Shown: positions 19,381 through 30,167, counted from the first letter of the stretch. The stretch is DNA of 64,000 nt from Kiloniellales bacterium (GCA_030064845.1 JASJEC010000024.1:1102-65101), one strand, 5' to 3'. Numbers and translations are program-made. The notes: generated from the sequence alone by a model not told the origin.

Positions 19381-20394
19381 CTAGTTCGACCGGTATTCCT
19401 CCGGCAACAGCAAGACGTTGTCCTGCTCCGGCGTGACCGACTGGTGGCAACCGATGCAGAACTGAACCTTCTGCGCGCCTTTGCCCTTGGTCGTCCCGAA
19501 GACCGAGCCGTTCGGCATGACCATGGTGTAGCGCCAGTCGTCGCTCTCGGCATTGAAGCCGGCGCGCATCTTCTCCATGACGAACAAGGGGCCGATGGCG
19601 ACCTGGCCGTTGCCCTTTACCTGGAAGCTGTCCTTGGCGAGAACGGCGCCGGGCCGGAAGGTGCCCGCGTTCTCGAAGAGCCCATAGTTGCGCGCCTGGT
19701 CGTTCGCGAAGTTCTGGACGTAGCGGCTGCCGTGTGTCGCCGATACGTAGGGCTGCGTGCTGTAGCGCCGGAAAGAGGCGTAGCTGACGGCGTTGCGGTC
19801 GTTCGACTTTGCGTAGGCGGCCCGCATGTCCCCGATCAGGCAGTCGTAGGCGGCCACGGCTTCGGCCGTGGTGAGTTCCGCCGGTTCGCCCGCCGCGCAG
19901 GGATTGCACGGGCTGCATGGACTGCCCGCCGCACAGGGGCTGCAGGGGTTGGCCGTTGCGCAAGGATTGCACGGATTGCAGGCCGCTGCCGCGCAGGGGT
20001 TGGCCGCCGCGCAGGGATTGCACGGATTGCAGGCTGCTGCCGCGCAGGGATTGCAGGGGTTGGACAGGGCCGCCGTGCGAAGCCGTGGAACGGCGCACTT
20101 CAGGCTGGCCTGCCCGCCTCCGGCGGCACAAGGATTGCAGGGGTTGCAGGCGGCGGCGCAGGGGTTGCAGGGATTGCCGGCAGCACAGGGGTTGCACGGG
20201 TTTGCCGCCGCGCAGGGGTTGCAGGCCGCGGCGGCGCTGGGATTGCTCTTCTTCACGGCGCAGGGGTTGCAGGCCGCCCGTGCGGGTGGCGCGGCCACCT
20301 CCGGGGCGACCGCCATGCCCGCGACGGCGACACCGGCCATCATGACGAAGGGCACCACCGTGGACGAAAGCAGTTTGCTCTTCCTCGACTGCAT
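19381..20394 (-). CDS. Secreted CNPC-repeat protein with cytochrome P460-like C-terminal domain
   Basis: 337 aa; signal peptide, then about 125 aa of CNPC/NPCNPC units (26 Cys by my count), then a globular region with [42 protein letters not shown] and a CIGCH heme-binding motif. Confidence 0.85.
   Translation of the reverse strand: MQSRKSKLLSSTVVPFVMMAGVAVAGMAVAPEVAAPPARAACNPCAVKKSNPSAAAACNPCAAANPCNPCAAGNPCNPCAAACNPCNPCAAGGGQASLKCAVPRLRTAALSNPCNPCAAAACNPCNPCAAANPCAAAACNPCNPCATANPCSPCAAGSPCSPCNPCAAGEPAELTTAEAVAAYDCLIGDMRAAYAKSNDRNAVSYASFRRYSTQPYVSATHGSRYVQNFANDQARNYGLFENAGTFRPGAVLAKDSFQVKGNGQVAIGPLFVMEKMRAGFNAESDDWRYTMVMPNGSVFGTTKGKGAQKVQFCIGCHQSVTPEQDNVLLLPEEYRSN
19897..20271 (-). repeat. 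In-gene tandem degenerate repeat encoding Cys-Asn-Pro-Cys units
   Basis: DNA reads as variants of gcaggg(a/g)ttg-ca(c/g)gg(a/g)ttgcaggc on the + strand; encodes CNPCAA(A/G)NPCNPC etc. Confidence 0.85.
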
Positions 20395-20620
20395 CTCAAC
20401 TTCTCCTGTCGCAGCTCCCCCCAATCGGGCAGCCGAAGTATGGCAGCCGCCGGCCGCACGTCGGGATCACTTGCGATCACAAGCGTTTGAAAGGGTTCGA
20501 GGAGGCCAGCGGTGTCCCTGGAACGCGCGGAGGTGAGCGTTCGACGAATCCTCCCGGATTCAGCGCCGCTTCGGTTCGAAAAAGCTTGATTTCAGCCGGA
20601 AAACCGATATCTACGAAACC

Positions 20621-20637
20621 ATACCAATTCGGTATGA
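20621..20637. promoter_or_regulatory. Candidate operator: inverted repeat CATACC-AATTC-GGTATG upstream of the Rrf2 regulator
   Basis: Perfect 6-bp arms with 5-nt spacer, 15 bp upstream of the ATG of the Rrf2 gene. TATGAT within the right arm could be a -10 element. Confidence 0.5.
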
Positions 20638-20651
20638 TTTAAGGAACGCCA

Positions 20652-21113
20652 ATGCTTCGTCTCAATCGCTTGACCGACTATGCGGTGGTGGTGATGGCAC
20701 AGATGGCTCGGCCCGGCAACCGGGTTCGGACCGCTCAGCAGATCGCCCAAGAAACCGGGGTGCCTCTGCCCACTGTCTCGAAGCTGATGAACGCTCTGGC
20801 GCGGGATTCCCTGGTTGCCTCCCAGCGCGGCGCCGCGGGCGGCTACACCCTCTCCCGCCCGGCCGACGAGATCACCGTGGCGCAGATCATTCAGGCCCTG
20901 GAAGGCCCGATCGCGCTGACCGCTTGCGTGGACGGGAGCAACGGCCACTGCGACGTCGCGTCGCTCTGCCCGATGCGCGGCAATTGGGACAAGGTCAACA
21001 AGGCGATCCAAAACGCTCTGTCACAGGTAACACTGGAGGACATGTCGACACCCGGCATGGTGTTCGACGAGGTCGAGAAGGGCGCGCCCTGCGGCGTGAC
21101 CAACGCGCACTAG
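20652..21113 (+). CDS. Rrf2-family transcriptional regulator, SUF-system (IscR-like)
   Basis: [19 protein letters not shown]...[29 protein letters not shown], with three Cys ([15 protein letters not shown]) typical of Fe-S ligation. Confidence 0.93.
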   Translation: MLRLNRLTDYAVVVMAQMARPGNRVRTAQQIAQETGVPLPTVSKLMNALARDSLVASQRGAAGGYTLSRPADEITVAQIIQALEGPIALTACVDGSNGHCDVASLCPMRGNWDKVNKAIQNALSQVTLEDMSTPGMVFDEVEKGAPCGVTNAH

Positions 21114-21154
21114 ACGCTGCGCTTCAGGCAAATACGCAAGGAGTAGAGGACGGC

Positions 21155-22606
<1,452 letters not shown>

Positions 22607-22643
22607 GGCCGACCGAGACGAACTGAGAAGGACGAAAAGTTCT

Positions 22644-23402
22644 ATGCTTGAGATCAAGAATTTGCAGGTCACCGTCGAGGGCAAGGAAATCCTGAAGGGC
22701 ATCGACCTGAAGATCGCGCCCGGCGAAGTCCACGCCATCATGGGCCCGAACGGCTCGGGCAAGTCGACGCTCTCCTACGTGCTGGCAGGACGGGAAGGCT
22801 ACGAGGTGACCGGCGGCGAGGTGCTCTACAAGGGCAAGGACCTGCTCGGCCTCGATCCGGAGGAGCGGGCGGCCGAAGGCGTGTTCCTCGCCTTTCAGTA
22901 TCCGGTGGAGATCCCGGGCGTCGCCAACACGACCTTCCTCAAGGAAGCGGTCAACGCGGTGCGCCGCCACCGCGGCGAGAGCGAACTCGACGCCATGCAG
23001 TTCCTCAAGGTCATGCGCGCCAAGGTCAAGGAGCTCGGCATCGCCGACGACATGCTGAAGCGGGCGGTCAACGTCGGCTTCTCCGGCGGCGAGAAGAAGC
23101 GCAACGAAATGCTCCAGATGGCCATGCTCGAGCCGAGCCTGGCCGTCCTCGACGAGACCGACAGCGGCCTCGACATCGACGCCCTGAAAACCGTTTCGGA
23201 CGGCGTGAACGCGCTGCGCGGCCCTGAGCGTGCCATGCTGGTGATCACCCACTACAACCGGCTGCTGGAGTACATCGTGCCCGACCATGTGCACGTTCTG
23301 GCCGGCGGCCGGATTCAACGCTCCGGCGGAAAGGAGCTGGCGCGGGAGCTCGAACAGAAGGGCTACGCCGAGTTCGTGCCGAGCGACGAGGTGGCTGCAT
23401 GA
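22644..23402 (+). CDS. sufC: Fe-S cluster assembly ATPase SufC
   Basis: MLEIKNLQVTVEGKEILKGI, IMGPNGSGKSTLSYVLAG, FSGGEKKRNEMLQMAMLEPSLAVLDETDSGLDIDAL. Confidence 0.97.
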   Translation: MLEIKNLQVTVEGKEILKGIDLKIAPGEVHAIMGPNGSGKSTLSYVLAGREGYEVTGGEVLYKGKDLLGLDPEERAAEGVFLAFQYPVEIPGVANTTFLKEAVNAVRRHRGESELDAMQFLKVMRAKVKELGIADDMLKRAVNVGFSGGEKKRNEMLQMAMLEPSLAVLDETDSGLDIDALKTVSDGVNALRGPERAMLVITHYNRLLEYIVPDHVHVLAGGRIQRSGGKELARELEQKGYAEFVPSDEVAA

Positions 23403-24709
23403 CCGCGCCTTCCGCCCTGCCCTACACCGAGCAGTACAGCGCGCTGAAGGGCGCGCTGCCGGGTGGAGATCTGCCCTGGTTGGCCGATCTGCGCGAGGCC
23501 GGAATAGGCGCCTTCCGTGCGACCGGTCTGCCGAACCCCAAGATGGAGGCCTGGAAGTACACCAACCTCCGGCCCCTGGAAAAGCTCGCCTTCACGCCGG
23601 CCGCGACCGACCGGCCCGGACCGGACCGGCTCCCATCGCTGCTGCCGGCCGGGGCGAGCAACCACCGCCTGGTCTTCGTCAACGGCCGCTTCCGACCCGA
23701 CCTCTCCATGGTGACCCGCCTGCCCCTGGGCGTGCGCCTTGGCAGCCTGGCCGACCACCTGCGCGACGGCGGCGGCTCGGTCGAGGAGTTTCTCGGCCAG
23801 CTGGGTTCCGAGGCGGATCAGCCGCTCTTAGACCTGAACACCGCCATGATGCAGGACGGCCTGGTCCTGAGGGTCGGGCGCGGCGTCGCCATCGACTCCC
23901 CGATCGAGGTAATCTACCTCTCGGACAGCGACCAAGGCGCCGTTTCCCACCACCCGCGGAACCTCATCGTGCTCGAGGAAGACAGCAAGGCCGTCTTGAT
24001 CGAGCACTTCGTCAGCGCGGGCAAGGCCCCCAGCCTCGCCAACATCGCGACGGAGATCTCGCTCGGTCGGGGCTCCCTGCTGCATCACTACAAGATGCAG
24101 GCCGAGGGCCCCGAGGCCTTTCATCTCTCGACCGTGAACGGCGTGGTCGGCCGGGATGCCCACTACGACGGCTTTGCCATGGCCCTGGGAGCGCGTCTCT
24201 CGCGCAACGAGGTGTCGCTGCGCCTAACCGGCGAGGGTGCGCGCTGCCACCTCAACGGCGCCTACATGATGCGCGGCACCCAGCACTGCGACAACACGAC
24301 GGTTATCGAGCACTGCGTTCCCCACACCTCCTGCCGCGAGGTGTTCAAGGGCGTGCTGGACGACGAAGCCCGCGCCGTCTTCCAGGGCCGCATTGTGGTG
24401 CATCCCGGCGCCCAGCAGACCGACGGTCACCAGCTCAGCAAGGCCATGCTGCTGTCCGACCGGGCCGAGATCGACGCCAAGCCGGAATTGGAGATCTACG
24501 CCGACGACGTCAAATGCTCCCACGGGGCCACGGCCGGCGATCTGGACCACGACGCGCTGTTCTACCTGCGGGCCCGCGGCCTGCCGGAGGCACGGGCGCG
24601 CGCGCTCTTGATCGAGGCCTTCTTGACCGAGGCGGTCGAGGCGATCGCCGCTGAGGACCTCTGCCCGGCCTTTTTGGCGAGCATCGCAGACTGGCTCAAG
24701 GCCGAGTGA
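23399..24709 (+). CDS. sufD: Fe-S cluster assembly protein SufD
   Basis: 436 aa; SCREVFKGVLDDEARAVFQGRIVVHPGAQQTDGHQLSKAMLLSDRAEIDAKPELEIYADDVKCSHGAT. Confidence 0.96.
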   Translation: MTAPSALPYTEQYSALKGALPGGDLPWLADLREAGIGAFRATGLPNPKMEAWKYTNLRPLEKLAFTPAATDRPGPDRLPSLLPAGASNHRLVFVNGRFRPDLSMVTRLPLGVRLGSLADHLRDGGGSVEEFLGQLGSEADQPLLDLNTAMMQDGLVLRVGRGVAIDSPIEVIYLSDSDQGAVSHHPRNLIVLEEDSKAVLIEHFVSAGKAPSLANIATEISLGRGSLLHHYKMQAEGPEAFHLSTVNGVVGRDAHYDGFAMALGARLSRNEVSLRLTGEGARCHLNGAYMMRGTQHCDNTTVIEHCVPHTSCREVFKGVLDDEARAVFQGRIVVHPGAQQTDGHQLSKAMLLSDRAEIDAKPELEIYADDVKCSHGATAGDLDHDALFYLRARGLPEARARALLIEAFLTEAVEAIAAEDLCPAFLASIADWLKAE

Positions 24710-24719
24710 GGAGGCCGGA

Positions 24720-25973
24720 ATGAACGAAGTCGTCTCATTGGCGAGAGAGCAAGCCGACGGCTACGACGTCGAGCGTATCAGGGCGGACTTCCCGATCCTG
24801 AGCCAGGAAGTCTACGGCAAGCCGCTGGTGTTCCTGGACAGCGGGGCCAGCGCGCAGAAGCCCACCGCGGTCATGGACGCGATGCAGGCGGTTATGACCG
24901 AGGGCTACGCGAACGTCCACCGCGGCGTCTACAACTTCAGCCAGAACCTCTCGGAGCGCTTCGAAGGCGTGCGCGGCACCGTCGCCCGCTTCATCAACGC
25001 CGCCTCGGACAACGAGATCGTGTTCACCCGTAACGCCACCGAGGCCTTCAATCTGCTGGCCCACAGCCTCGGCCAGAGCCTTTCGGCGGGCGACGAGGTC
25101 GTGATCTCCGAGATGGAGCACCACGCCAACATCGTGCCCTGGCAGCTGCTGCGCGACCGCAAGGGCATCGTCATCAAAGTCGCGCCGATCACCGACGACG
25201 GCGCGCTCAGGCTCGACGCCCTGGCCGAGCTGATCGGACCACGCACCAAGCTGGTGTCGATCGTCCACGTCTCCAACGTGCTCGGCACGGTAAATCCGAT
25301 CAAGAAGATCGCCGAGCTTGCCCACGCACAGGGCGCGCTCATGCTGGTCGACGGCACCCAGGCCGTGGTCCATTCCCACGTGGACGTCCAGGACCTCGAC
25401 GCCGACTTCTACGTCTTCACCGGCCACAAGCTCTACGGACCGAACGCGATCGGCGTGCTCTACGGCAAGATGGCGCTGCTCGAGGCCCTGCCGCCCTTCC
25501 TGGGCGGTGGCGACATGATCCGCTCGGTCACCTTCGAAAAGTCGACCTTCGCCCCGCCGCCCCACCGTTTCGAGGCCGGAACGCCGCCGATCGTCGAGGT
25601 GATCGGCCTAGGCGCGGCGATCGACTACGTCTCCGCGATCGGCATGGAGCGGATTGCGGCGCACGAGTCGAAACTGCTGCAGCGCGCAACCCAGAAGCTC
25701 TCGGCCATCGAAGGCCTGAGAATCTATGGCACCCAGCCCGGCAAGTGCGGCATTGTCTCCTTCACTCTGGACGGTGCACACGCCCACGACCTAGGCACCA
25801 TCGTCGACCGGGAGGGCGTGGCGGTTCGGGTAGGGCACCACTGCGCCATGCCGCTGATGCAACGCCTCGGCGTCGCGGCGACGGCGCGGGCGTCCTTCGG
25901 CCTTTACAACACGCTCGACGAGGTCGACGCTCTGGCCGGGTCCTTGGAAAAGGTGAAAGAGATCTTCGGCTGA
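24720..25973 (+). CDS. sufS: Cysteine desulfurase SufS
   Basis: VFLDSGASAQKP, EMEHHANIVPWQLL, DFYVFTGHKLYGPNAIGVLYG, RVGHHCAMPLMQRLG. Confidence 0.96.
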   Translation: MNEVVSLAREQADGYDVERIRADFPILSQEVYGKPLVFLDSGASAQKPTAVMDAMQAVMTEGYANVHRGVYNFSQNLSERFEGVRGTVARFINAASDNEIVFTRNATEAFNLLAHSLGQSLSAGDEVVISEMEHHANIVPWQLLRDRKGIVIKVAPITDDGALRLDALAELIGPRTKLVSIVHVSNVLGTVNPIKKIAELAHAQGALMLVDGTQAVVHSHVDVQDLDADFYVFTGHKLYGPNAIGVLYGKMALLEALPPFLGGGDMIRSVTFEKSTFAPPPHRFEAGTPPIVEVIGLGAAIDYVSAIGMERIAAHESKLLQRATQKLSAIEGLRIYGTQPGKCGIVSFTLDGAHAHDLGTIVDREGVAVRVGHHCAMPLMQRLGVAATARASFGLYNTLDEVDALAGSLEKVKEIFG

Positions 25974-26440
25974 TGCTCGACGAACTGCGAGAACTCTACC
26001 AGGAGGTGATCCTGGATCACGGCCGCAATCCGCGGAACCTGGGCCACCCCGAGGGCGCCAACCGCCAGGCGCTGGGCAACAACCCGATCTGCGGCGACAC
26101 GCTTACGGTGTTCTTGACGGTTGACGACCAGGGCATCATCCAGGATGCCGCCTTCGTCGGCCACGGCTGCGCAATCTCGGTCGCATCCGCCTCCTTGATG
26201 ACCGAGATCCTCAAGGGCAAGACGACCGCCGAGGCCCAGGTGCTGTTCGACAGCGTGCACCGCATGTGCACCGAGGAAGACTTCGACCCCGGCTCGGCCG
26301 AGGCGGACGAAGAGGCGCTGGACCGCCTCGCCGTGCTCTCCGGCGTGCGCGAGTTTCCGGTCCGGGTCAAGTGCGCCACCCTCGCCTGGCACACGATGAA
26401 CGCCGCGGTGAAGGGCGAACAAGAGGTCACGACGGAATAG
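25973..26440 (+). CDS. sufU: SufU/NifU-N-like Fe-S scaffold or sulfur-transfer protein
   Basis: LYQEVILDHGRNPRNLG, NPICGDTLTVFL, GHGCAISVASASLMTEILKGK, RVKCATLAWHTM; TGATG overlap with sufS. Confidence 0.9.
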   Translation: MLDELRELYQEVILDHGRNPRNLGHPEGANRQALGNNPICGDTLTVFLTVDDQGIIQDAAFVGHGCAISVASASLMTEILKGKTTAEAQVLFDSVHRMCTEEDFDPGSAEADEEALDRLAVLSGVREFPVRVKCATLAWHTMNAAVKGEQEVTTE

Positions 26441-26442
26441 CC

Positions 26443-26841
26443 ATGATGGATCAACGCCCCTATCCCTACCCGCCGGGCTTCGATCAGCCCGACGAGTTCG
26501 AGGCGACCGCCGGCGAGCCGCTGCCGGAGGGCAGCACTGTCGCCAACGAGGTGGAGATCATCGAGGCGCTCCATACGGTTTACGATCCCGAGATCCCGGT
26601 GGACATCTACGAACTGGGGCTGATCTACGAGCTGGATATCGCGCCCTCGGGAGACGTGAAGGTTCTCATGTCGCTGACCGCGCCGGGCTGCCCGGTGGCC
26701 GGCGAGATGCCCGGCGAGGTGGCCGAAACGGTGGCCAAGGTTCAGGGGACGGGGCGTGTCACGGTGCGTCTCGTATGGGACCCGCCCTGGACCCCGGAGC
26801 GGATGAGCGAGGACGCCAGGCTCGCCCTGGGGATGATCTGA
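26443..26841 (+). CDS. sufT: SUF system assembly protein SufT-like (DUF59/MIP18)
   Basis: VEIIEALHTVYDPEIPVDIYELGLIYELDI, TAPGCPVAGEMP, VWDPPWTPERMSEDARLALGM. Confidence 0.9.
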   Translation: MMDQRPYPYPPGFDQPDEFEATAGEPLPEGSTVANEVEIIEALHTVYDPEIPVDIYELGLIYELDIAPSGDVKVLMSLTAPGCPVAGEMPGEVAETVAKVQGTGRVTVRLVWDPPWTPERMSEDARLALGMI

Positions 26842-26894
26842 GCCTAGAGCGCGCTTATATTGGCCTTAAGGAACACGGAGCTAGAGTAACCGCC

Positions 26895-27230
26895 ATGGTC
26901 GCACCGATGATTACCCTGACCGATATCGCCGCCGAGCGCGCTCGGGCGCTGATGGAGAAGAGCGACACGCCCGTGATCGGGTTGCGCGTCGGGGTGAAGA
27001 GCCGTGGGTGCTCCGGGCTCAGCTACTTCGTCGAGTACGCCGAGGAGCAGAAGAAGTTCGAGGACGTGGTCGAGGACAAGGGGGTCAAGATCTTCATCGA
27101 TCCCACGGCCGTCATGTTCCTGATCGGCAGCGAGATGGACTACGTCGAGGAGCAGTTCCAGACCGGCTTCGTGTTCAAGAACCCCAACGAGAAGGGCCGC
27201 TGCGGCTGCGGCGAGAGCTTCCACATCTGA
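26895..27230 (+). CDS. sufA: HesB/IscA-family A-type Fe-S carrier (SufA-like)
   Basis: GLRVGVKSRGCSGLSYFVEYAEE...FVFKNPNEKGRCGCGESF; three conserved Cys. Confidence 0.92.
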   Translation: MVAPMITLTDIAAERARALMEKSDTPVIGLRVGVKSRGCSGLSYFVEYAEEQKKFEDVVEDKGVKIFIDPTAVMFLIGSEMDYVEEQFQTGFVFKNPNEKGRCGCGESFHI

Positions 27231-27248
27231 CGGCGGGCGCGACGCCAC

Positions 27249-27851
27249 TCAGTCGAGACCGAAGACCTCCCAGTAACGTTCCCAGATGATCGCCTCGTAC
27301 TTGAGGGCGTAGGCCTCGGCGTATGGCTCGCCGCGGGAGCACTCGAACTGGGAGCGGGTCGTCATTCGGTCGTGATGGTGTCCGAGCTCGTGCAGCAGGA
27401 TGTTCAGGAGCTGATAGGCGCGCGCCTGGGCTAGAGTGAACTTGCACAGGACCCAATCGCCGCGGCGCTCGGCGGGAACGCCGAGACGATCGAAGACGCC
27501 CTGGTTCTCCTCGTAGTAATGGGCCGGATGACGGCGCCAAAGACCGCGCCGCCAGGCGCAGATACCGACCACGCCGTCGGTGTACCACCCCTCCATCTCG
27601 GGATCGCCGGCGGTCAGCACAATGGCGTCGAGGCCCTCGGACAACTCGTTCCAGGTCGGCAGCAGTTCGAGGAAGCGGATCACGTCGTCGCGGCGCAGCA
27701 GGTGGCGATAGCCGTACCCGGGCCTTTCCTTGTCGATTACCGGAAAGGCCTGCCGGGTGTTCCAATAGGTCGCGGTCGGCTCCAGGCGTTGGAAAGCGCC
27801 AACGGCCTTGGCTCTCCCGGCACTGGAGAAGCGCTTATAGACCCTAGCCAT
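27249..27851 (-). CDS. Uncharacterised putative zincin-type metalloprotease-like protein
   Basis: 200 aa; LLNILLHELGHHHDRMTTRS (HExxH) followed by RGEPYAEAYALKYE, a possible third ligand. Confidence 0.65.
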   Translation of the reverse strand: MARVYKRFSSAGRAKAVGAFQRLEPTATYWNTRQAFPVIDKERPGYGYRHLLRRDDVIRFLELLPTWNELSEGLDAIVLTAGDPEMEGWYTDGVVGICAWRRGLWRRHPAHYYEENQGVFDRLGVPAERRGDWVLCKFTLAQARAYQLLNILLHELGHHHDRMTTRSQFECSRGEPYAEAYALKYEAIIWERYWEVFGLD

Positions 27852-28128
27852 GACTAACCTACGTGGTTAACCCAAGCTGAACATTGACCCGTTCAGCGTG
27901 TAATCCCCGATCAAAGCCTAGCAGCAAATTGACGATTTGCTAACAACAATTTCAGTTTTCATGCCAAGTTTCAAAACTACAACCCTTTATAGAAGTCAAA
28001 AAATAAAGTAATTTATCTCAAATGCTCCACAATAATATTTGATTAATACAACAATTAGTTTGACCATTATTTTGATTTTTTGTTATATTATTTGATAACT
28101 AAATTAACTAATTTCGGGATTTCTCGGA

Positions 28129-29562
28129 ATGCGCGGCCAAGAACATGGATCCAACCTGTCGGATCGCATCAAACAGCTTACCAGCAGCGAAGAAGGCGGT
28201 TCGTTGCCGCTTTTCGGCCTGCTTCTTATTCCTCTGGTCTGCTTCATCGGCCTCGCGGTCGACACCAGCCGTGGTTACGCGATCAAGAGCCGCGTCAGCA
28301 ACGCACTCGATGCCGCCGCTCTCGCCAGCATCCACTCGGTCGGCACGGAGTACTTCGAGGGCGACGTGCAACAGTACTTCGACGTGAACTTCCCGCAGGG
28401 CTACCTGGGCGCCAATGTCACCCTGGACGCGCCCAAGGTCAGCGCCGACGGAAATACTATCGAACTCAGCGCCTCGGCAGAGATCGACACGACCCTGATG
28501 CGCCTCCTGAACGTCGACACGATCGAGGTCGGCGCGAGCACCACGGTGACCACGGGCCTGAGCACGGTCGACGTCGTGCTCTCCTTCGACATGTCGGGCT
28601 CGATGGCCGGCTCGCGTATCTCCTCGGCGCGGGACGCGGCCGAGATCCTCATCGACACACTCGTCGCCGGAACCGGCAACGACAACATCGACGGCAACGT
28701 CCGTTTTGGTGTGGTGCCCTGGAACTCCAACGTCAACGTCAGCGACGGCACAACTTACAGCGCCGCCGCCACGACCTGGCAAACGGTCACACCGGATTTC
28801 CGCATAGTCGACACACCGTCCGACGGCACCGGCGACTTCGTAATGCAGGACCGACTTTACTTCGCCAACAATTCGCCCGTGCCCTTGCTGACCACGCCGC
28901 CCAGCGGGTGGGGCGGCTGCGTCTATGCGCGCCTCATCACGGCTGGCCCCTTGGCCCTCTGGACCAACACCACCGACAACGACGACGCGGATTTCCTGCG
29001 CGGCCAAGTCAACCTGAGCGACAGCAACGTGGATTGGCTCGGGTGGGAGCCCAAGCAGGACAACGGTCAGTGCCTCAGTCACACCATCACGCCGCTGACT
29101 GCGGATCAGGAAGCGGTTCGCCAGGAAATCCGGGACCTGCTAAGCCCCGCGGGAAACACCAACATTCCCCAAGGGCTCGCCTGGGCTTGGCGCGTGCTCA
29201 TGCCGGGCGTGCCCTACACGCAGGCCGACAGCGTCGTTACGGGGGGCCACAAGCGCGCAATCGTGCTGCTCAGTGACGGCGCCAACACCGTCACATCACA
29301 GGACGCCTACCGTGGGCGTCTCAACGAAGCGAAGATGAACGAACGTCTTCTCACGATTGCCCAGAACGCCAAGGACGAAGGCGCCACGATCTACGTCATC
29401 CAGTACGCCGATGAGGATGAAACTCTGCAGAACCTCTTGATGCAGGTCGCCCAGGAACCGAACCCGCCTTACTACAACTTCGCGCCCGACGCCATCGCCC
29501 TCGAAGCCGTCTTCGAGGGCATCGCCCAAGACCTCACCTCTGAACTGAGAGTTGCCCGATGA
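28129..29562 (+). CDS. TadG-like protein with vWA domain
   Basis: N-terminal EEGGSLPLFGLLLIPLVCFIGLAVDTSRGYAIKSRVSNALDAAALA; vWA MIDAS DVVLSFDMSGSMAG; late vWA HKRAIVLLSDGANTV. Confidence 0.85.
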   Translation: MRGQEHGSNLSDRIKQLTSSEEGGSLPLFGLLLIPLVCFIGLAVDTSRGYAIKSRVSNALDAAALASIHSVGTEYFEGDVQQYFDVNFPQGYLGANVTLDAPKVSADGNTIELSASAEIDTTLMRLLNVDTIEVGASTTVTTGLSTVDVVLSFDMSGSMAGSRISSARDAAEILIDTLVAGTGNDNIDGNVRFGVVPWNSNVNVSDGTTYSAAATTWQTVTPDFRIVDTPSDGTGDFVMQDRLYFANNSPVPLLTTPPSGWGGCVYARLITAGPLALWTNTTDNDDADFLRGQVNLSDSNVDWLGWEPKQDNGQCLSHTITPLTADQEAVRQEIRDLLSPAGNTNIPQGLAWAWRVLMPGVPYTQADSVVTGGHKRAIVLLSDGANTVTSQDAYRGRLNEAKMNERLLTIAQNAKDEGATIYVIQYADEDETLQNLLMQVAQEPNPPYYNFAPDAIALEAVFEGIAQDLTSELRVAR

Positions 29563-30167
29563 CAAGAACCCGGAAAGATCTCGTCCGCGAGGAAAACGGC
29601 GGCGCGACGCTCGAATTCGGCCTCGTCGTGCCCCTCTTCGTCCTCATGCTCATCGGCGTGATGGAGATGGGCATGCTGTTCTTCGCCAACACGGCCCTCG
29701 AGGGTGGCCTCAGGGAAGCCGCGCGCTACGCGATTACCGGCCGTACCGACGGCGCCAGTCGCGAGCAGGAGATCATCAACATCATCAACAAGAACGGCTA
29801 CGGCATCGTCAAGGTCACCGCCGACAACATCACCACCGAGATCTACCAGGACTTCGCCGACATCGACACCGCCGAACCGATCGTCGGCGATGCGGGCGAG
29901 ATCGGCGTCTACGAACCGGGGATAGACGACGGCTACACCGACATCAATTGCAACGGTAGTTGGGACGAGGACATCGCCAAGAGCCCCGGCGCCGGCGGTG
30001 GCAACGATGTGGTGATCTACGTCGTCGACTATCAGCACGAATTCATGACCAACCTCCTGTCACCCATGATCGGCGGCGACGGCAAGGTGCCACTGACCGC
30101 TCGGGTCGCGGTCCGCAACGAGCCCTTCGGCAACTCGGACCTCTGCCTCGACTCTCAAGCGACTTAG
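29559..30167 (+). CDS. TadE-like pilus assembly / pseudopilin-like protein
   Basis: RKDLVREENGGATLEFGLVVPLFVLMLIGVMEMGMLFFANTALEGGLREAARYAITGR; ATGA overlap with the upstream gene. Confidence 0.85.
   Translation: MTRTRKDLVREENGGATLEFGLVVPLFVLMLIGVMEMGMLFFANTALEGGLREAARYAITGRTDGASREQEIINIINKNGYGIVKVTADNITTEIYQDFADIDTAEPIVGDAGEIGVYEPGIDDGYTDINCNGSWDEDIAKSPGAGGGNDVVIYVVDYQHEFMTNLLSPMIGGDGKVPLTARVAVRNEPFGNSDLCLDSQAT

Noticed and set aside
19897-20271. CRISPR-like tandem repeat
   Set aside because: Repeats are short, contiguous, without unique spacers and in-frame coding. No cas genes are present.
19868-20536. 222-aa + strand ORF with [16 protein letters not shown] repeats
   Set aside because: It is the antisense reading of the CNPC-repeat tract. 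The minus-strand frame has a signal peptide, RBS and a heme-domain continuation.
28129-29562. Complete Tad secretion island
   Set aside because: Only TadG/TadE-like genes are present. No TadA/B/C/Z, RcpA/C or prepilin peptidase in the window.
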